NCBI GenBank assembly: GCA_964563645.1
Contig: CAZLXJ010000055.1
Location: 6,920 to 70,919 of the forward strand
Source: an uncultured Actinomycetota bacterium
Lineage (GTDB): Bacteria; Actinomycetota; Humimicrobiia; Humimicrobiales; Humimicrobiaceae
Direction: 5' to 3'
Length of the DNA stretch: 64,000 bases
In this document: piece by piece, positions 1-9,918 of the stretch
How the letters are laid out: each line of letters begins with the position of its first letter
Position numbering within the stretch: the first letter of the stretch is position 1
The notes under the pieces: generated by a model
Told to the model about the DNA's origin: nothing
Database searches by the model: none
Seen by the model: only the letters and a program-made list of their open reading frames with translations
Translations under genes and position numbers: made by a program

Positions 1-1079
1 ATAGACGCTGGGGGCCGTTTTTTACTCTTTTATTTTTTATGATTATATTTGGCGTGCTATTGTTTCTTGGTAATCTGGTCCAGGGGTACCTGATGGATAT
101 GACGGAAAATTTTATTTCCTATTTTAGCCAGAGCAGACAATCCATACCTTTTATAGTATTAGGCCAGGGTTTGACCGGACTTGCTATTGGTTTATCTGTG
201 GCGCTTCCTTATGTATTTTTATTTTACCTGCTGCTGGGATTTATAGAAGATACCGGTCTTCTTCCAAGGTTTATTATTAACGTGGAAAGACTTACCAATA
301 AAATCGGTCTACCAGGTAAGGCATTTATACCCCTTGCCCTGGGACTTGGATGTACCGCTCCGGCTATAAGGGCTACCAGGATCCTTTCTTCAAAAAAGGA
401 GCAGTTCCATACGGCAGCTTTTTTTGCATTTGTGCCGTGTTCAAGCAGGATTGCTATTATAATGGGCATAGTGGGGTTTTACGGCGGGATTAGCCTGGCA
501 TTTTTTGTTTATATTACGCTGATTATAGCTGGATTGATTTCAGGTTTTGTAATAAAAAAAATATTTAGATCAGAAATAGAGCCTTTGCTTTTAGAACTTC
601 CTGATTACAGAAAACCATTGATTAAAAATGTTCTGGTCAAAAGCTGGATAAGAATGAAAGATTTCGTGTATATAGTGATACCTCTTTTGATAGCAGGAGG
701 AATTATTTATGGAATTTTAAATGTACTTAATCTTACTGATATAATAGTAAAACCTTTTTCCTTTATTACTACCTGGCTGGGTTTGCCGGATAAAACTATT
801 ATTCCCTTAACTTTCGGTTTTTTGCAGAAAGATTTAACAGGAGCGATGCTTTTATCGGTGCTCGGAAGCAATATTAAACTTGCCCTGACTCCAATTCAGA
901 TATACACTTTTGGTGTAGCAGCTACGGTTGGCATACCCTGCATAATTGCACTGGGAGTTTTTATAAGGGAATTTGGATTTAAAAGGGCTTTATTTTTAAC
1001 TGTATCCATGAACCTGTACGGTATTTTTTTTGCCGGCCTGATCTGGAGAATATGGACATTTTTTAATAATATTTTTTAA
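1..1079 (+). CDS. feoB: Ferrous iron transporter FeoB, membrane (gate) domain; probably 5'-partial at the window edge
   Basis: Polytopic ORF with FeoB gate motifs (LGFIEDTGLLPR, GLGCTAPAIRATR, PCSSR). The frame of the ATG at 39 stays open back to nt 3 (..RRWGPFFTLLFF..), so the gene likely continues upstream. Confidence 0.8.
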   Translation, partial: RRWGPFFTLLFFMIIFGVLLFLGNLVQGYLMDMTENFISYFSQSRQSIPFIVLGQGLTGLAIGLSVALPYVFLFYLLLGFIEDTGLLPRFIINVERLTNKIGLPGKAFIPLALGLGCTAPAIRATRILSSKKEQFHTAAFFAFVPCSSRIAIIMGIVGFYGGISLAFFVYITLIIAGLISGFVIKKIFRSEIEPLLLELPDYRKPLIKNVLVKSWIRMKDFVYIVIPLLIAGGIIYGILNVLNLTDIIVKPFSFITTWLGLPDKTIIPLTFGFLQKDLTGAMLLSVLGSNIKLALTPIQIYTFGVAATVGIPCIIALGVFIREFGFKRALFLTVSMNLYGIFFAGLIWRIWTFFNNIF

Positions 1080-1224
1080 TCAATTTTAAGGTTTCTGATC
1101 TATTAAAAGAATAATAATCATCGTATCATTGCAAGCAGCATTTATGTTTAAGGATAAACCATGACATTCATAATGCAGTACAGGAATATTAAGGACCTTT
1201 TTTACCCACTGGAATATACCATTT

Positions 1225-1866
1225 TTAGTTTAATTTTTCCAGAAGGAGGTTTTTAAAACGGTCTAGAGTAACCTCATAAGGCTGTATCTGGATCCCCATC
1301 CAGTCCGAGAATTCAAGGATTTTTTCAGCATGAGTCTCGCAGTATTTATCCCAGAATCCTATACCATCCAGCAAAATTGCCCCGCCTGTATGCTGGGGAA
1401 AATTTTCATTGGCCATTGCATTGTCCCAATCCTGAAAAACAGAATGCCTGTAAAGCAACCATCCCGGTGTGAGCCACCATACCCTTTTACCGTCTGCCAT
1501 CTCAGCTGCTATCTTATCTCTCTGTTTATCATCGGCAAGCATGTCTATGCAATGACTTGCATTTACCCTCCTGGTCCCGCTGCCCTGGCTTTTGATAATA
1601 TCATCTATAGATACATCAGGTTCTTTAATATTTATATAGCAGTATCTACCTCCATAAACCACTATCATTTTATTTGAATATTTTTTTGCTTTATTTATTT
1701 TTTCAATAAGCTGGCTTTTTAACTCAGCCGGGACTTCGTGTCTGCCGGGTTTTATATATAAAAGTTTCCCGGCATCCAAAAAGTTGTTTTTCTGTAGATA
1801 ATTTAATTCTGGAGCAAGGGTTCCGCATGCTATGACAACATGGTCCTTAAAAGAAATATTTTTCAT
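1225..1866 (-). CDS. DUF1638-family protein (function unknown)
   Basis: 213-aa ORF. The N-terminal VIACGTLAPEL pattern and size are recalled as typical of DUF1638. No stronger motif. Confidence 0.45.
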   Translation of the reverse strand: MKNISFKDHVVIACGTLAPELNYLQKNNFLDAGKLLYIKPGRHEVPAELKSQLIEKINKAKKYSNKMIVVYGGRYCYINIKEPDVSIDDIIKSQGSGTRRVNASHCIDMLADDKQRDKIAAEMADGKRVWWLTPGWLLYRHSVFQDWDNAMANENFPQHTGGAILLDGIGFWDKYCETHAEKILEFSDWMGIQIQPYEVTLDRFKNLLLEKLN

Positions 1867-2113
1867 CTTATACCGCCTTTAATATTCGATATTATTTTTA
1901 TTAAATCAAGAATAAATTTTTTTTGCAATCAACTTAATAATGTATGAAAATTGATAAAGATACTTTAAAATTTAGTTATTAATAAAGAATAACATGTTTA
2001 CCATTCTTACAAAATTAAGCTCATATATGGTAATATTAGTATAATATTTTTTATTGGTATACCTTTACTATTTAATAAATTAAAAATATCAATGTAGAAA
2101 AGATTTGGTTGAT

Positions 2114-2629
2114 ATGAAGAAAGCTCTAATAATTATAGATATGCTTAACGATTTTGTGGAGGATGGAGCACCTCTTAAAGTCCCGGGAGTTGAAAAGATT
2201 ATAGAACCTATAAAAAAAGAAATAGATAAAGCAAGAAAGGGTAATTATCCGGTGATTTATCTATGCGACTGTCATGATGCAGACGACAGGGAATTCAAGC
2301 TATTTCCCACGCATGCAGTTAAGGGGACAAGGGGGGCAAGCATAATAGATGAGCTGAGACCGCAGGGTACCGATCTGCTGGTGAGAAAAAGTTCTTTTTC
2401 TGGTTTTTTTAAAACAGAGCTGGACGAAATTTTAAAAAAATTTTCGGTAGAAAAGATTGTTGTTACAGGCACAGCAACAAATATTTGTGTTCTATACACT
2501 GCAGCGGATGCAGTAATGAGAGGATATGAGGTAGATATAGTAAAGAATGCAGTGATAGGATTGAATAAAAAAGACCATAGGTTTGCACTGAAACAGATGC
2601 AGCATGTTCTCAAGGCAAATATAGTGTAA
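2114..2629 (+). CDS. pncA: Nicotinamidase / isochorismatase-family cysteine hydrolase
   Basis: ALIIIDMLNDF (Asp), DCHDADDREF..FPTHAVKGTRGA metal-site-like segment, GTATNICV (Cys). Lies immediately upstream of the NAPRTase gene. ATG at 2114 preferred over the TTG at 2105. Confidence 0.75.
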   Translation: MKKALIIIDMLNDFVEDGAPLKVPGVEKIIEPIKKEIDKARKGNYPVIYLCDCHDADDREFKLFPTHAVKGTRGASIIDELRPQGTDLLVRKSSFSGFFKTELDEILKKFSVEKIVVTGTATNICVLYTAADAVMRGYEVDIVKNAVIGLNKKDHRFALKQMQHVLKANIV

Positions 2630-2647
2630 AGGATTTACGGAGAAAGT

Positions 2648-3817
2648 ATGTTTCATATAGCCGGGGAAGATGATATCAGGAAGGGAAAAATTACTGATAT
2701 ATATTTTAAGAGGACTGAAGAGATACTCAAATCCAAAAAAATAAATCCTTATGTAAAAGCGGAGATTATGTTAAAGAGTTTTCCGTCCAATTACAACTGG
2801 GGTATCTTTGCTGGAGTTGAGGAGACCCTGAAGCTTCTCTCTGCTTTAGACAGTATATCGGTTAAATGCATGCCCGAAGGCAGCTATTTCGGGGAGTTTG
2901 AACCTGTTATGGTTATAGAGGGGAAATATCTTGATTTCGGGGTTTACGAGACAGCTATTCTGGGATTTTTGTGTCAGGCAAGCGGAATAGCAACAAGTGC
3001 TTCCAGATGTAAGATGTGTGCAGGCCAGAAACAGATATTCAGTTTCGGGGCAAGAAGGATGCATCCTTCAATTGCCCCAATGGTAGATAGGAATGCTTTT
3101 ATTGGGGGAGTTGACGGTGTATCAACTATCCCGGGAGCAGAACTGATCGGGGAAGAGCCTGTCGGTACAATACCACATGCATTGATTCTTATAATGGGTG
3201 ATACGTTAGAAGCAACACGCGCATTTCATGAAGTCATTAAGCCAGAAGTAGCCAGGATATCTCTTATTGATACATTCAATGATGAGAAATTTGAAGCTAT
3301 AAACGTAAGCCAGGCTATGGGGGATAAATTATTTGGAATAAGGCTGGATACGCCTTCCTCGAGAAGGGGAAGTTTTAAAAGAATACTGGAAGAGACCAGA
3401 TGGGAGCTTGATATCAGGGGCTTTAAAGATATAAAATTGATGGTAAGCGGAGGAATTTCGGAGAAAGATATAATAGAGCTGAAAGATATTGTGGATGCAT
3501 TCGGGGTTGGAACATCAATAAGCGCTGCCCCGATTATTGATTTTGCGCTTGATATCGTAGAGATAGAAGGAAAGCCGATAGCAAAGAGAGGAAAGAGATC
3601 GGGCGGTAAAAAAGTTCTTCGATGCAGTAAATGCGGAAAAGACATGGTAATTCCAGATACCGAAAAAACGGGCGATTATTCCTGCACTTCCTGCGGCGGC
3701 AAATATAATGAAGTCTTTATGGATGCAATTTGTTCGGGTAGATCAGTATACAATTATCCCGAAGCTGGAGTCATAAGGGAGAGGGTTATAAAAAGTTTCA
3801 GGTTTCTGGATTTATAG
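2648..3817 (+). CDS. pncB: Nicotinate phosphoribosyltransferase (archaeal-like short form) with C-terminal CxxC..CxxC ribbon
   Basis: 389-aa ORF with NAPRTase-like core (GARRMHP, GTIPHALI, IRLDTPSSRRG) and a GGAG RBS. Tail has CSKCGK..CTSCGG. Confidence 0.8.
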   Translation: MFHIAGEDDIRKGKITDIYFKRTEEILKSKKINPYVKAEIMLKSFPSNYNWGIFAGVEETLKLLSALDSISVKCMPEGSYFGEFEPVMVIEGKYLDFGVYETAILGFLCQASGIATSASRCKMCAGQKQIFSFGARRMHPSIAPMVDRNAFIGGVDGVSTIPGAELIGEEPVGTIPHALILIMGDTLEATRAFHEVIKPEVARISLIDTFNDEKFEAINVSQAMGDKLFGIRLDTPSSRRGSFKRILEETRWELDIRGFKDIKLMVSGGISEKDIIELKDIVDAFGVGTSISAAPIIDFALDIVEIEGKPIAKRGKRSGGKKVLRCSKCGKDMVIPDTEKTGDYSCTSCGGKYNEVFMDAICSGRSVYNYPEAGVIRERVIKSFRFLDL

Positions 3818-3861
3818 GCGGATATTTTTTTAAAAATATTTAAGGTTTTAAAGTTATAATT

Positions 3862-4953
3862 TCAGGTTATAATATTCCCGCTGTCCTTATCAAACAGATA
3901 AGTTTTTGTCCTGTCCATAGAGATATAAATCGTTGAGCCTGCCTTAACGCCTTCAATATTTTTTATAAATGATACTATATTCAGTTCAACAGGACCTATT
4001 TTGCAGACCATGTTCGCCCTGGGAGGAAAACTCTGGATAAGTTCTATGGTGGAATCAATTCTATCGGCTGCAGGTTCTTGAAAAAAGTCTATCTCTTCAG
4101 GCCTTATTCCCAGCAGCACCTCTTTCCCCTCAAGCCTTTTAAAAGAATTACCAATATACGCTGGAATATCAAGTCTTTTGCTATCAAATATAAAACCGCC
4201 CTTATTGATATTTCCGCTTATGAAATTCATTCCAAGGATGCCAAAAAAATCAGCAACAAATGTATTTTTTGGATTGAAATACATATCAAATGGTCTGTCC
4301 ACCTGTAAAAATCTTTTATTTTCAAGGACAGCAAGCCTGTCTGCCAGAGCAAGCGCTTCGTTACTGTCTGACGTAATATATACAGTTGTTGATTTTATAT
4401 CTGCTACCAGCCTTTTAAGATATGTACAGGTATTCATCCTAATTTTAGCATCAAGATTGGAAAGAGGTTCATCAAGGAGGAAAGCATTAGGGTTATCTCT
4501 TATTATTGCTCTCCCTGTAGCTACCCTTTGTTTGTGGCCTGCTGATAATTGCCGGGGAAAGAAATCAAGATATTTATCCACTCTAATATCTATCTGCTTA
4601 ACAGTACTGCCAACTTTTTTTGCCAGATTTTCCCTGGAATAATTTTTTACCCTCAGGGGGAAGGATATATTTTCCCTCGCAACCATATTTGGGTACAGGG
4701 CATAATCCTGAAATACCATTGCTATATTTCTTTCAGAAGGACTCTGTGCGGTTATATTCTTTCCGTTAAAAAATACATTTCCCTCAAAATCATTATCAAG
4801 GCCGGCGATAATTCTGAGCAATGTCGTCTTACCGCTTCCCGAAGGGCCTGTTATACAGAAGAATTCCCTGTCTTTGATATCAAGTGAAATATTTTCCAGT
4901 ATCGTAGTGGCACCAAAACGTTTTGTAATGTTGCGAAGCGATATATCTGCCAT
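3862..4953 (-). CDS. ABC transporter ATP-binding protein, MalK/UgpC/MsmX-like, orphan (no permease or binding protein nearby)
   Basis: Walker A GPSGSGKTT, Q-loop MVFQDYALYP, Walker B FLLDEPLSNLD, C-terminal MalK-like regulatory domain. The signature (LSAGH) and H-loop (TSDS) are degenerate. Confidence 0.85.
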   Translation of the reverse strand: MADISLRNITKRFGATTILENISLDIKDREFFCITGPSGSGKTTLLRIIAGLDNDFEGNVFFNGKNITAQSPSERNIAMVFQDYALYPNMVARENISFPLRVKNYSRENLAKKVGSTVKQIDIRVDKYLDFFPRQLSAGHKQRVATGRAIIRDNPNAFLLDEPLSNLDAKIRMNTCTYLKRLVADIKSTTVYITSDSNEALALADRLAVLENKRFLQVDRPFDMYFNPKNTFVADFFGILGMNFISGNINKGGFIFDSKRLDIPAYIGNSFKRLEGKEVLLGIRPEEIDFFQEPAADRIDSTIELIQSFPPRANMVCKIGPVELNIVSFIKNIEGVKAGSTIYISMDRTKTYLFDKDSGNIIT

Positions 4954-5246
4954 TTTAATGCACCTCCGAGTGCATCTAGCATTTATTTAATTATAGCATA
5001 AGCAGGTAAATATATTAAAAGAATCTATTCTGAAGAATGTTATTATTTTTTCATAAATATTCTTATAACTATATTTATTATCACGGTAATCACGATAAAA
5101 AATCAAATATTGGTAATTTTTAAAGCCCTAAAGTAAGATTTATTTACAGTTCCAGTACCGAGGGACATATAAGTATTTAATATCGGTCAAAATATGGCAG
5201 TACAATAAGACAGACTTATTGGTCTTTCTAAATATCTTCTTAGAAA

Positions 5247-5885
5247 TCAGTCATAGTCTTCATCCGTTGTCTTATATTCTTTCGGCTCATCAGGCAAGGG
5301 TGTCTCCTCCTCTTCTCCTATTTGTTTGACTGCTTTCTTTTCCGGTCCGGATGTAAAATCCAGGACAGTTATATTGGTTTTTAATACTTTAAGCCCCAGG
5401 TTTTGGGCGGCGAACCTGTTAACTTCATTTATAACTTCCTGCATTTTTTGGGAGACGTTAATACCTTTTTTGAGCTTTGCGTAAACATTTATAAGCGTCC
5501 CATCAGATTTTGGAAAAGCCCGGACCTTTAGATTGCTAATATCTTCCAAACCTGAAAGATTTTCCGCAATACGTGCCGAAACACTTTTTAATGTAATGCT
5601 GGCCTTTCCGTCCTTTACCGAAGCTATGTTTGTTACTCTTATCTTTCTCCTGTAAAATTCAAGAAATAATAAAGCTATGCTTATTATTATGATTAAAAGA
5701 AAGACAAGCCCGCATAAATATATATTTACAGAATCCTTGAATGCGAGTATTCTGTCAAATATATCTGACCACTGGAAAAGGTCGGTAAAGATATTCACTA
5801 TAATAACTACAGATGAAATGATAATAAAAAACAGGATAATGATAACGATTATTCTATTGAATATGTTCAATTTATTGACCTCCAT
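5247..5885 (-). CDS. Asp23-family membrane protein (AmaP-like alkaline shock membrane anchor)
   Basis: Two N-terminal TM helices followed by an Asp23-like C-terminal pattern (..INVYAKLKKGINVSQ..NLGLKV..NITVLDF), then an acidic tail. Confidence 0.45.
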   Translation of the reverse strand: MEVNKLNIFNRIIVIIILFFIIISSVVIIVNIFTDLFQWSDIFDRILAFKDSVNIYLCGLVFLLIIIISIALLFLEFYRRKIRVTNIASVKDGKASITLKSVSARIAENLSGLEDISNLKVRAFPKSDGTLINVYAKLKKGINVSQKMQEVINEVNRFAAQNLGLKVLKTNITVLDFTSGPEKKAVKQIGEEEETPLPDEPKEYKTTDEDYD

Positions 5886-6013
5886 TGCATCTTATTGCTG
5901 ATAATTTTATGATACAAAAGTTTCAAAATATTTGCCATCAATAATTATAATTTCATTTTTTTTTATAAGTGTTAGAATATTGCCCTGTAATAATGTTGAT
6001 GAAGGGATAAAGA

Positions 6014-6538
6014 TTGGATAATGTACTGCTATGGTCGCTCATTATTTTTATTGCTAGAATTGTGGATGTGAGTCTCGGAACCATCAGAGTAAATATGATA
6101 GTCAGGAGAAAAAAGATCCTGGCTGCTATTATAGGGTTTTTTGAAGTCGCAATATTCATATCGATAATAGTAAGAATAATAAATGAAGTTGATAATATAT
6201 TTGGAATATTATCCTATGCGGCTGGTTTTGCTGTCGGCACTGTTATTGGAATAATGATCTCAGAGAAATTATCAAGGGACCTGATAAGCACAAACATAAT
6301 TTCGAAGAATCACAGCGATGATATTAAGGAAGTCCTTAAGGAACAGGGATACGGGATTACCTGTTATGCAGGAAAGGGGATAGAAGGGGAAGTCGAGATA
6401 ATAAATGTTGTATGCAGCCAGTCAAATATGAAATTGATGCATAAGCTGGTATATGGAATAGATCCCGGAGCCTTTATAGCAAGTTATATGCTGGATAAGA
6501 TAAGAGGCGGGTTTATCAGGGGTTTGAAGAAAAAATGA
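6014..6538 (+). CDS. UPF0316 family membrane protein with DUF2179 C-terminal domain
   Basis: N-terminal IARIVDVSLGTIRVNMIVRRKKILAAIIGFFEV pattern typical of UPF0316, with a soluble C-terminal domain. TTG start. Confidence 0.7.
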   Translation: MDNVLLWSLIIFIARIVDVSLGTIRVNMIVRRKKILAAIIGFFEVAIFISIIVRIINEVDNIFGILSYAAGFAVGTVIGIMISEKLSRDLISTNIISKNHSDDIKEVLKEQGYGITCYAGKGIEGEVEIINVVCSQSNMKLMHKLVYGIDPGAFIASYMLDKIRGGFIRGLKKK

Positions 6539-6561
6539 TAAATACTCCGGGGAAAAGTGCA

Positions 6562-8094
6562 ATGGAAAAAAAAATTGGTTTTGATAATGAAAAATATTTG
6601 AAGGAACAAACTTCAGCAATACTTGGAAGGGTAGAGAAGTTCGATAATAAGCTTTTTTTGGAATTTGGCGGAAAGCTTTGTTTTGATTATCATGCAGCAA
6701 GGGTCCTACCGGGTTATGATCCGAATGTAAAAATAAGTCTTCTGCAATCCTTAAGGGATAAGATAGATATAATACTGTGTATCTATGCCGGTGATATAGA
6801 AAGCGGAAGGGTCAGGGGAGACTTTGGTATAACTTATGATACTGCTACTTTAAAATTAATTGACGACCTCAGGAATTGGGGGCTTGATATACTTTCTGTA
6901 GTGATTACGCGTTACTCGGGCCAACCGTCTTCAATAGTTTTTAAAAATAAGCTGGAAAGACGGGGGGTCAGGGTTTATCTTCATTATCCTATTGAAGGTT
7001 ATCCTGCCGAAATTGACACGATCTGCAGCCGGGAAGGTTTTGGAAAGAATGATTATATTAAAACAAAAAACCAGATAATAGTGGTAACAGCGCCCGGCCC
7101 AAATAGTGGAAAATTATCAACGTGTCTTTCACAGTTATATCATGACCATAAAAGTGGGATAAATTCAGGATATGCAAAATTCGAAACATTTCCAATATGG
7201 AATCTTCCGCTGGATCATCCTGTAAATATTGCTTATGAAGCGGCAACTGCCGACCTGAATGATTTCAATCTGGTAGACCCATTTCATCTGAAAGAATACA
7301 ACAAGATTGCAGTTAATTACAACCGGGATGTGGAAAGTTTTCCCATACTGAAACAGGTTATCAGCAGAATAATTAAAAATAACGATAATAATCAGCAGGT
7401 AACGTATAATTCTCCGACAGATATGTGTGTCAACAGAGTAAGTTATGGTATAACTGACGATGATATTGTGAGAGAGGCATCCAGGCATGAATTGATAAGA
7501 AGATATTTCAGGTATAGGACGGAGTATCTTCAGGGAGTTGAAAAAAAGGAAACAGTGGACAGAGTAAAACTTTTAATGGAAAGATTAAATGTCAGTATAG
7601 AAAATAGAAGGGTAGTGGCAATTGCAAGGAAGGAAGCAGCTGAAGCAGAGAAAAAAGGCAAGGGGAATAAAGGTATATTTTGCGGAGCAGCCCTGCAGCT
7701 TATGGATGAAAGGATTATTACGGGAAAGAATTCAAAACTGTTACATGCTGCATCAAGCCTTATTCTTAATGCCATAAAAACTCTGGCGAATATACCTGAT
7801 GAAATACACCTGCTTCCGCCCGGTGTAATATTGCAGATATCAAAATTAAAGAAAGGTATCTACAGGGAAGAATCTGAAAGCCTGGACCTGGAGGAAACAC
7901 TTATAGCTCTGTCAATAAGCACCACGGTAAATCCTTCTGCAGAACTTGCCATGAAAAAGCTTAAATTATTGAGGGACTGTGAAATGCATATGACGCATAT
8001 ACCGACACCCGGTGATGAGGTTGCACTAAACCGACTGGGCATAAATCTTACGACTGATGGTAGATTTTCTTCCAGAAATCTTTTTATTGCGTGA
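6562..8094 (+). CDS. UPF0371 / DUF1846 family protein (function unknown)
   Basis: Strong family pattern: GFDNEKYLKEQ, LEFGGKL.FDYHAARVLPGYDPN, VVTAPGPNSGKLSTCLSQLYHD, YAKFETFPIWNLPLDHPVNIAYEAATADL. An alternative ATG at 6535 overlaps the upstream stop (ATGA). Confidence 0.85.
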   Translation: MEKKIGFDNEKYLKEQTSAILGRVEKFDNKLFLEFGGKLCFDYHAARVLPGYDPNVKISLLQSLRDKIDIILCIYAGDIESGRVRGDFGITYDTATLKLIDDLRNWGLDILSVVITRYSGQPSSIVFKNKLERRGVRVYLHYPIEGYPAEIDTICSREGFGKNDYIKTKNQIIVVTAPGPNSGKLSTCLSQLYHDHKSGINSGYAKFETFPIWNLPLDHPVNIAYEAATADLNDFNLVDPFHLKEYNKIAVNYNRDVESFPILKQVISRIIKNNDNNQQVTYNSPTDMCVNRVSYGITDDDIVREASRHELIRRYFRYRTEYLQGVEKKETVDRVKLLMERLNVSIENRRVVAIARKEAAEAEKKGKGNKGIFCGAALQLMDERIITGKNSKLLHAASSLILNAIKTLANIPDEIHLLPPGVILQISKLKKGIYREESESLDLEETLIALSISTTVNPSAELAMKKLKLLRDCEMHMTHIPTPGDEVALNRLGINLTTDGRFSSRNLFIA

Positions 8095-8404
8095 TGATAT
8101 TCTGATTTTATTTAACTGGATGTTATATATTTTTAAGTTAAAAAAATAAGAATAACCGGGCAAACTTTTAGAAGATAAAAAGGCTTTTTTAACCCGAGCT
8201 TTTTAATTTTGAGATTTTAATGGTGAAATAATCTAGATAATATCATATAAAGTATAAATATATATATTGTAACTACTACATATATATTATTGTTAATTTT
8301 TATTAAATATTATATTATTATTAGTATAATATTTATTAATTTCACCAAAAATCTGGATATAAATATAAAAATATTAATAGATTCATAATATACCGGTAGA
8401 AAAT

Positions 8405-9907
8405 ATGAACGGGACAGGAAAAAAACAGATCATACTGGAAATCGAAAAATTAAAAAAAGTTATAGATGATATAAAATATTCTGAAGGCAGGTATGAGATT
8501 TTAAAAAAATCGCTGGATGCAAGTGAGATAAAATACAATTCACTTTTAGATTCTATTCCCTCCGGGATAATAGAGATGGACCGTAATGGGATAATAGTTA
8601 ATATAAATAAGAGCGCACTACGGATATTAGACTGCAAAAAAGAAGAAATAATAAAAAAACATTTTGGATCTGTAAATGCCATTAGTAAAAATAATCTTCC
8701 ACAATATTTCAGATTATTTGATTATGAAGCAAACAGCAAAGAAAAATCTGGTGATGAAATAGTATTTGAAGACAGGAATGGGAATAAAATGTTTATTGAG
8801 GCAAGATCCAGCCTTATTAAAAATGGTGTCAAAGTTACAGGTATTCATATCATAATAGAAAACATAACCGAAAGTAAAAAGATCGAAAATGAACTGAAAT
8901 ATCTCAAATTTCATGACCAGCTTACCGGCCTTTTTAACAGATATTATATTGATGAAGAAATAAAACGCCTGGATGCAGAAAGGCATTTGCCTGTTGGATT
9001 TATAATAAGTGACGTAAATGGATTAAAACTGATAAATGATGCTTTTGGCAATGATGAGGGTGACAGACTATTGCAGAATATTGCAGGTGTTTTCAGAAAA
9101 GCATGCCGTAAGGAAGATATAATAGCCAGATATGGTGAAGATGAATTCGCAGTAATCTTACATGATACTGACAGGGAATCATTATCGGATATAAATGAGA
9201 AAATACTGAAATTGTGCGGATATATAAAAAAGGAGAAATTTGATTTTACGATATCAACCGGAATAGCCGCTAAAGAGAATGCAGTCGCTACTTTTAGTGA
9301 TGTTATTACTGAAGCAAGGGACATGATGTATAAAAATAAACTCGTATGCGGAAAGAGCATGCAGGGAAATGCAGTTATATCAATGGTGGATTCGCTTCTT
9401 GGAGAAGGGTACGAGACAAGGGAACATGTAAAAAGGGTTGAAAAGATGTCAAAGGATTTTGGGACTTTTCTAAAGCTGCCAAAAAGCAAAATAGATGAAT
9501 TATCAATACTTGCAAGCCTCCATGATCTTGGAAAAGTTGCAATCCCGGATAAAATACTAAAGGAAAAAGAAAAATTATCAAAAGAAGACTGGGATATAAT
9601 AAAATCATTTCCTGAAATAGGTTATGATATTGCAAAATCTTCATTTAAGTTTTCTCATATAGCAGATTATATACTATGCCATCATGAAAGGTGGGATGGG
9701 AGTGGATATCCCGGAGGAATAAAAGGCAATGAAATACCTCTACTTTCAAGGATATTGTCTATTATAGATTCATATGATGTTATGAGAAGCGGTAGATTCT
9801 ACAAAAAACCCTTAAGCAAGTCTGAAGCGATAAGAGAACTTAGAAAGTGCAGCGGTAAACAGTTTGATCCGGTGCTCCTGGAGCAATTTATCAGTCTTAT
9901 TGAATAA
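8405..9907 (+). CDS. PAS - degenerate GGDEF - HD-GYP signalling protein (c-di-GMP phosphodiesterase type)
   Basis: PAS region (SIPSGIIEMDRNGIIVNINKSA), GGDEF domain with GEDEF in place of GGDEF and RKED at I-site spacing. HD-GYP motifs are HDLGK and HHERWDGSGYPGG. Confidence 0.85.
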   Translation: MNGTGKKQIILEIEKLKKVIDDIKYSEGRYEILKKSLDASEIKYNSLLDSIPSGIIEMDRNGIIVNINKSALRILDCKKEEIIKKHFGSVNAISKNNLPQYFRLFDYEANSKEKSGDEIVFEDRNGNKMFIEARSSLIKNGVKVTGIHIIIENITESKKIENELKYLKFHDQLTGLFNRYYIDEEIKRLDAERHLPVGFIISDVNGLKLINDAFGNDEGDRLLQNIAGVFRKACRKEDIIARYGEDEFAVILHDTDRESLSDINEKILKLCGYIKKEKFDFTISTGIAAKENAVATFSDVITEARDMMYKNKLVCGKSMQGNAVISMVDSLLGEGYETREHVKRVEKMSKDFGTFLKLPKSKIDELSILASLHDLGKVAIPDKILKEKEKLSKEDWDIIKSFPEIGYDIAKSSFKFSHIADYILCHHERWDGSGYPGGIKGNEIPLLSRILSIIDSYDVMRSGRFYKKPLSKSEAIRELRKCSGKQFDPVLLEQFISLIE

Positions 9908-9918
9908 AGGTCCGGTAA

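Noticed and set aside
3818-3861. AT-only palindrome AAATATTTTTTTAAAAATATTT between pncB and the ABC ATPase gene, as a bidirectional terminator
   Set aside because: A pure A/T stem would be too weak to call, so it was left unannotated.
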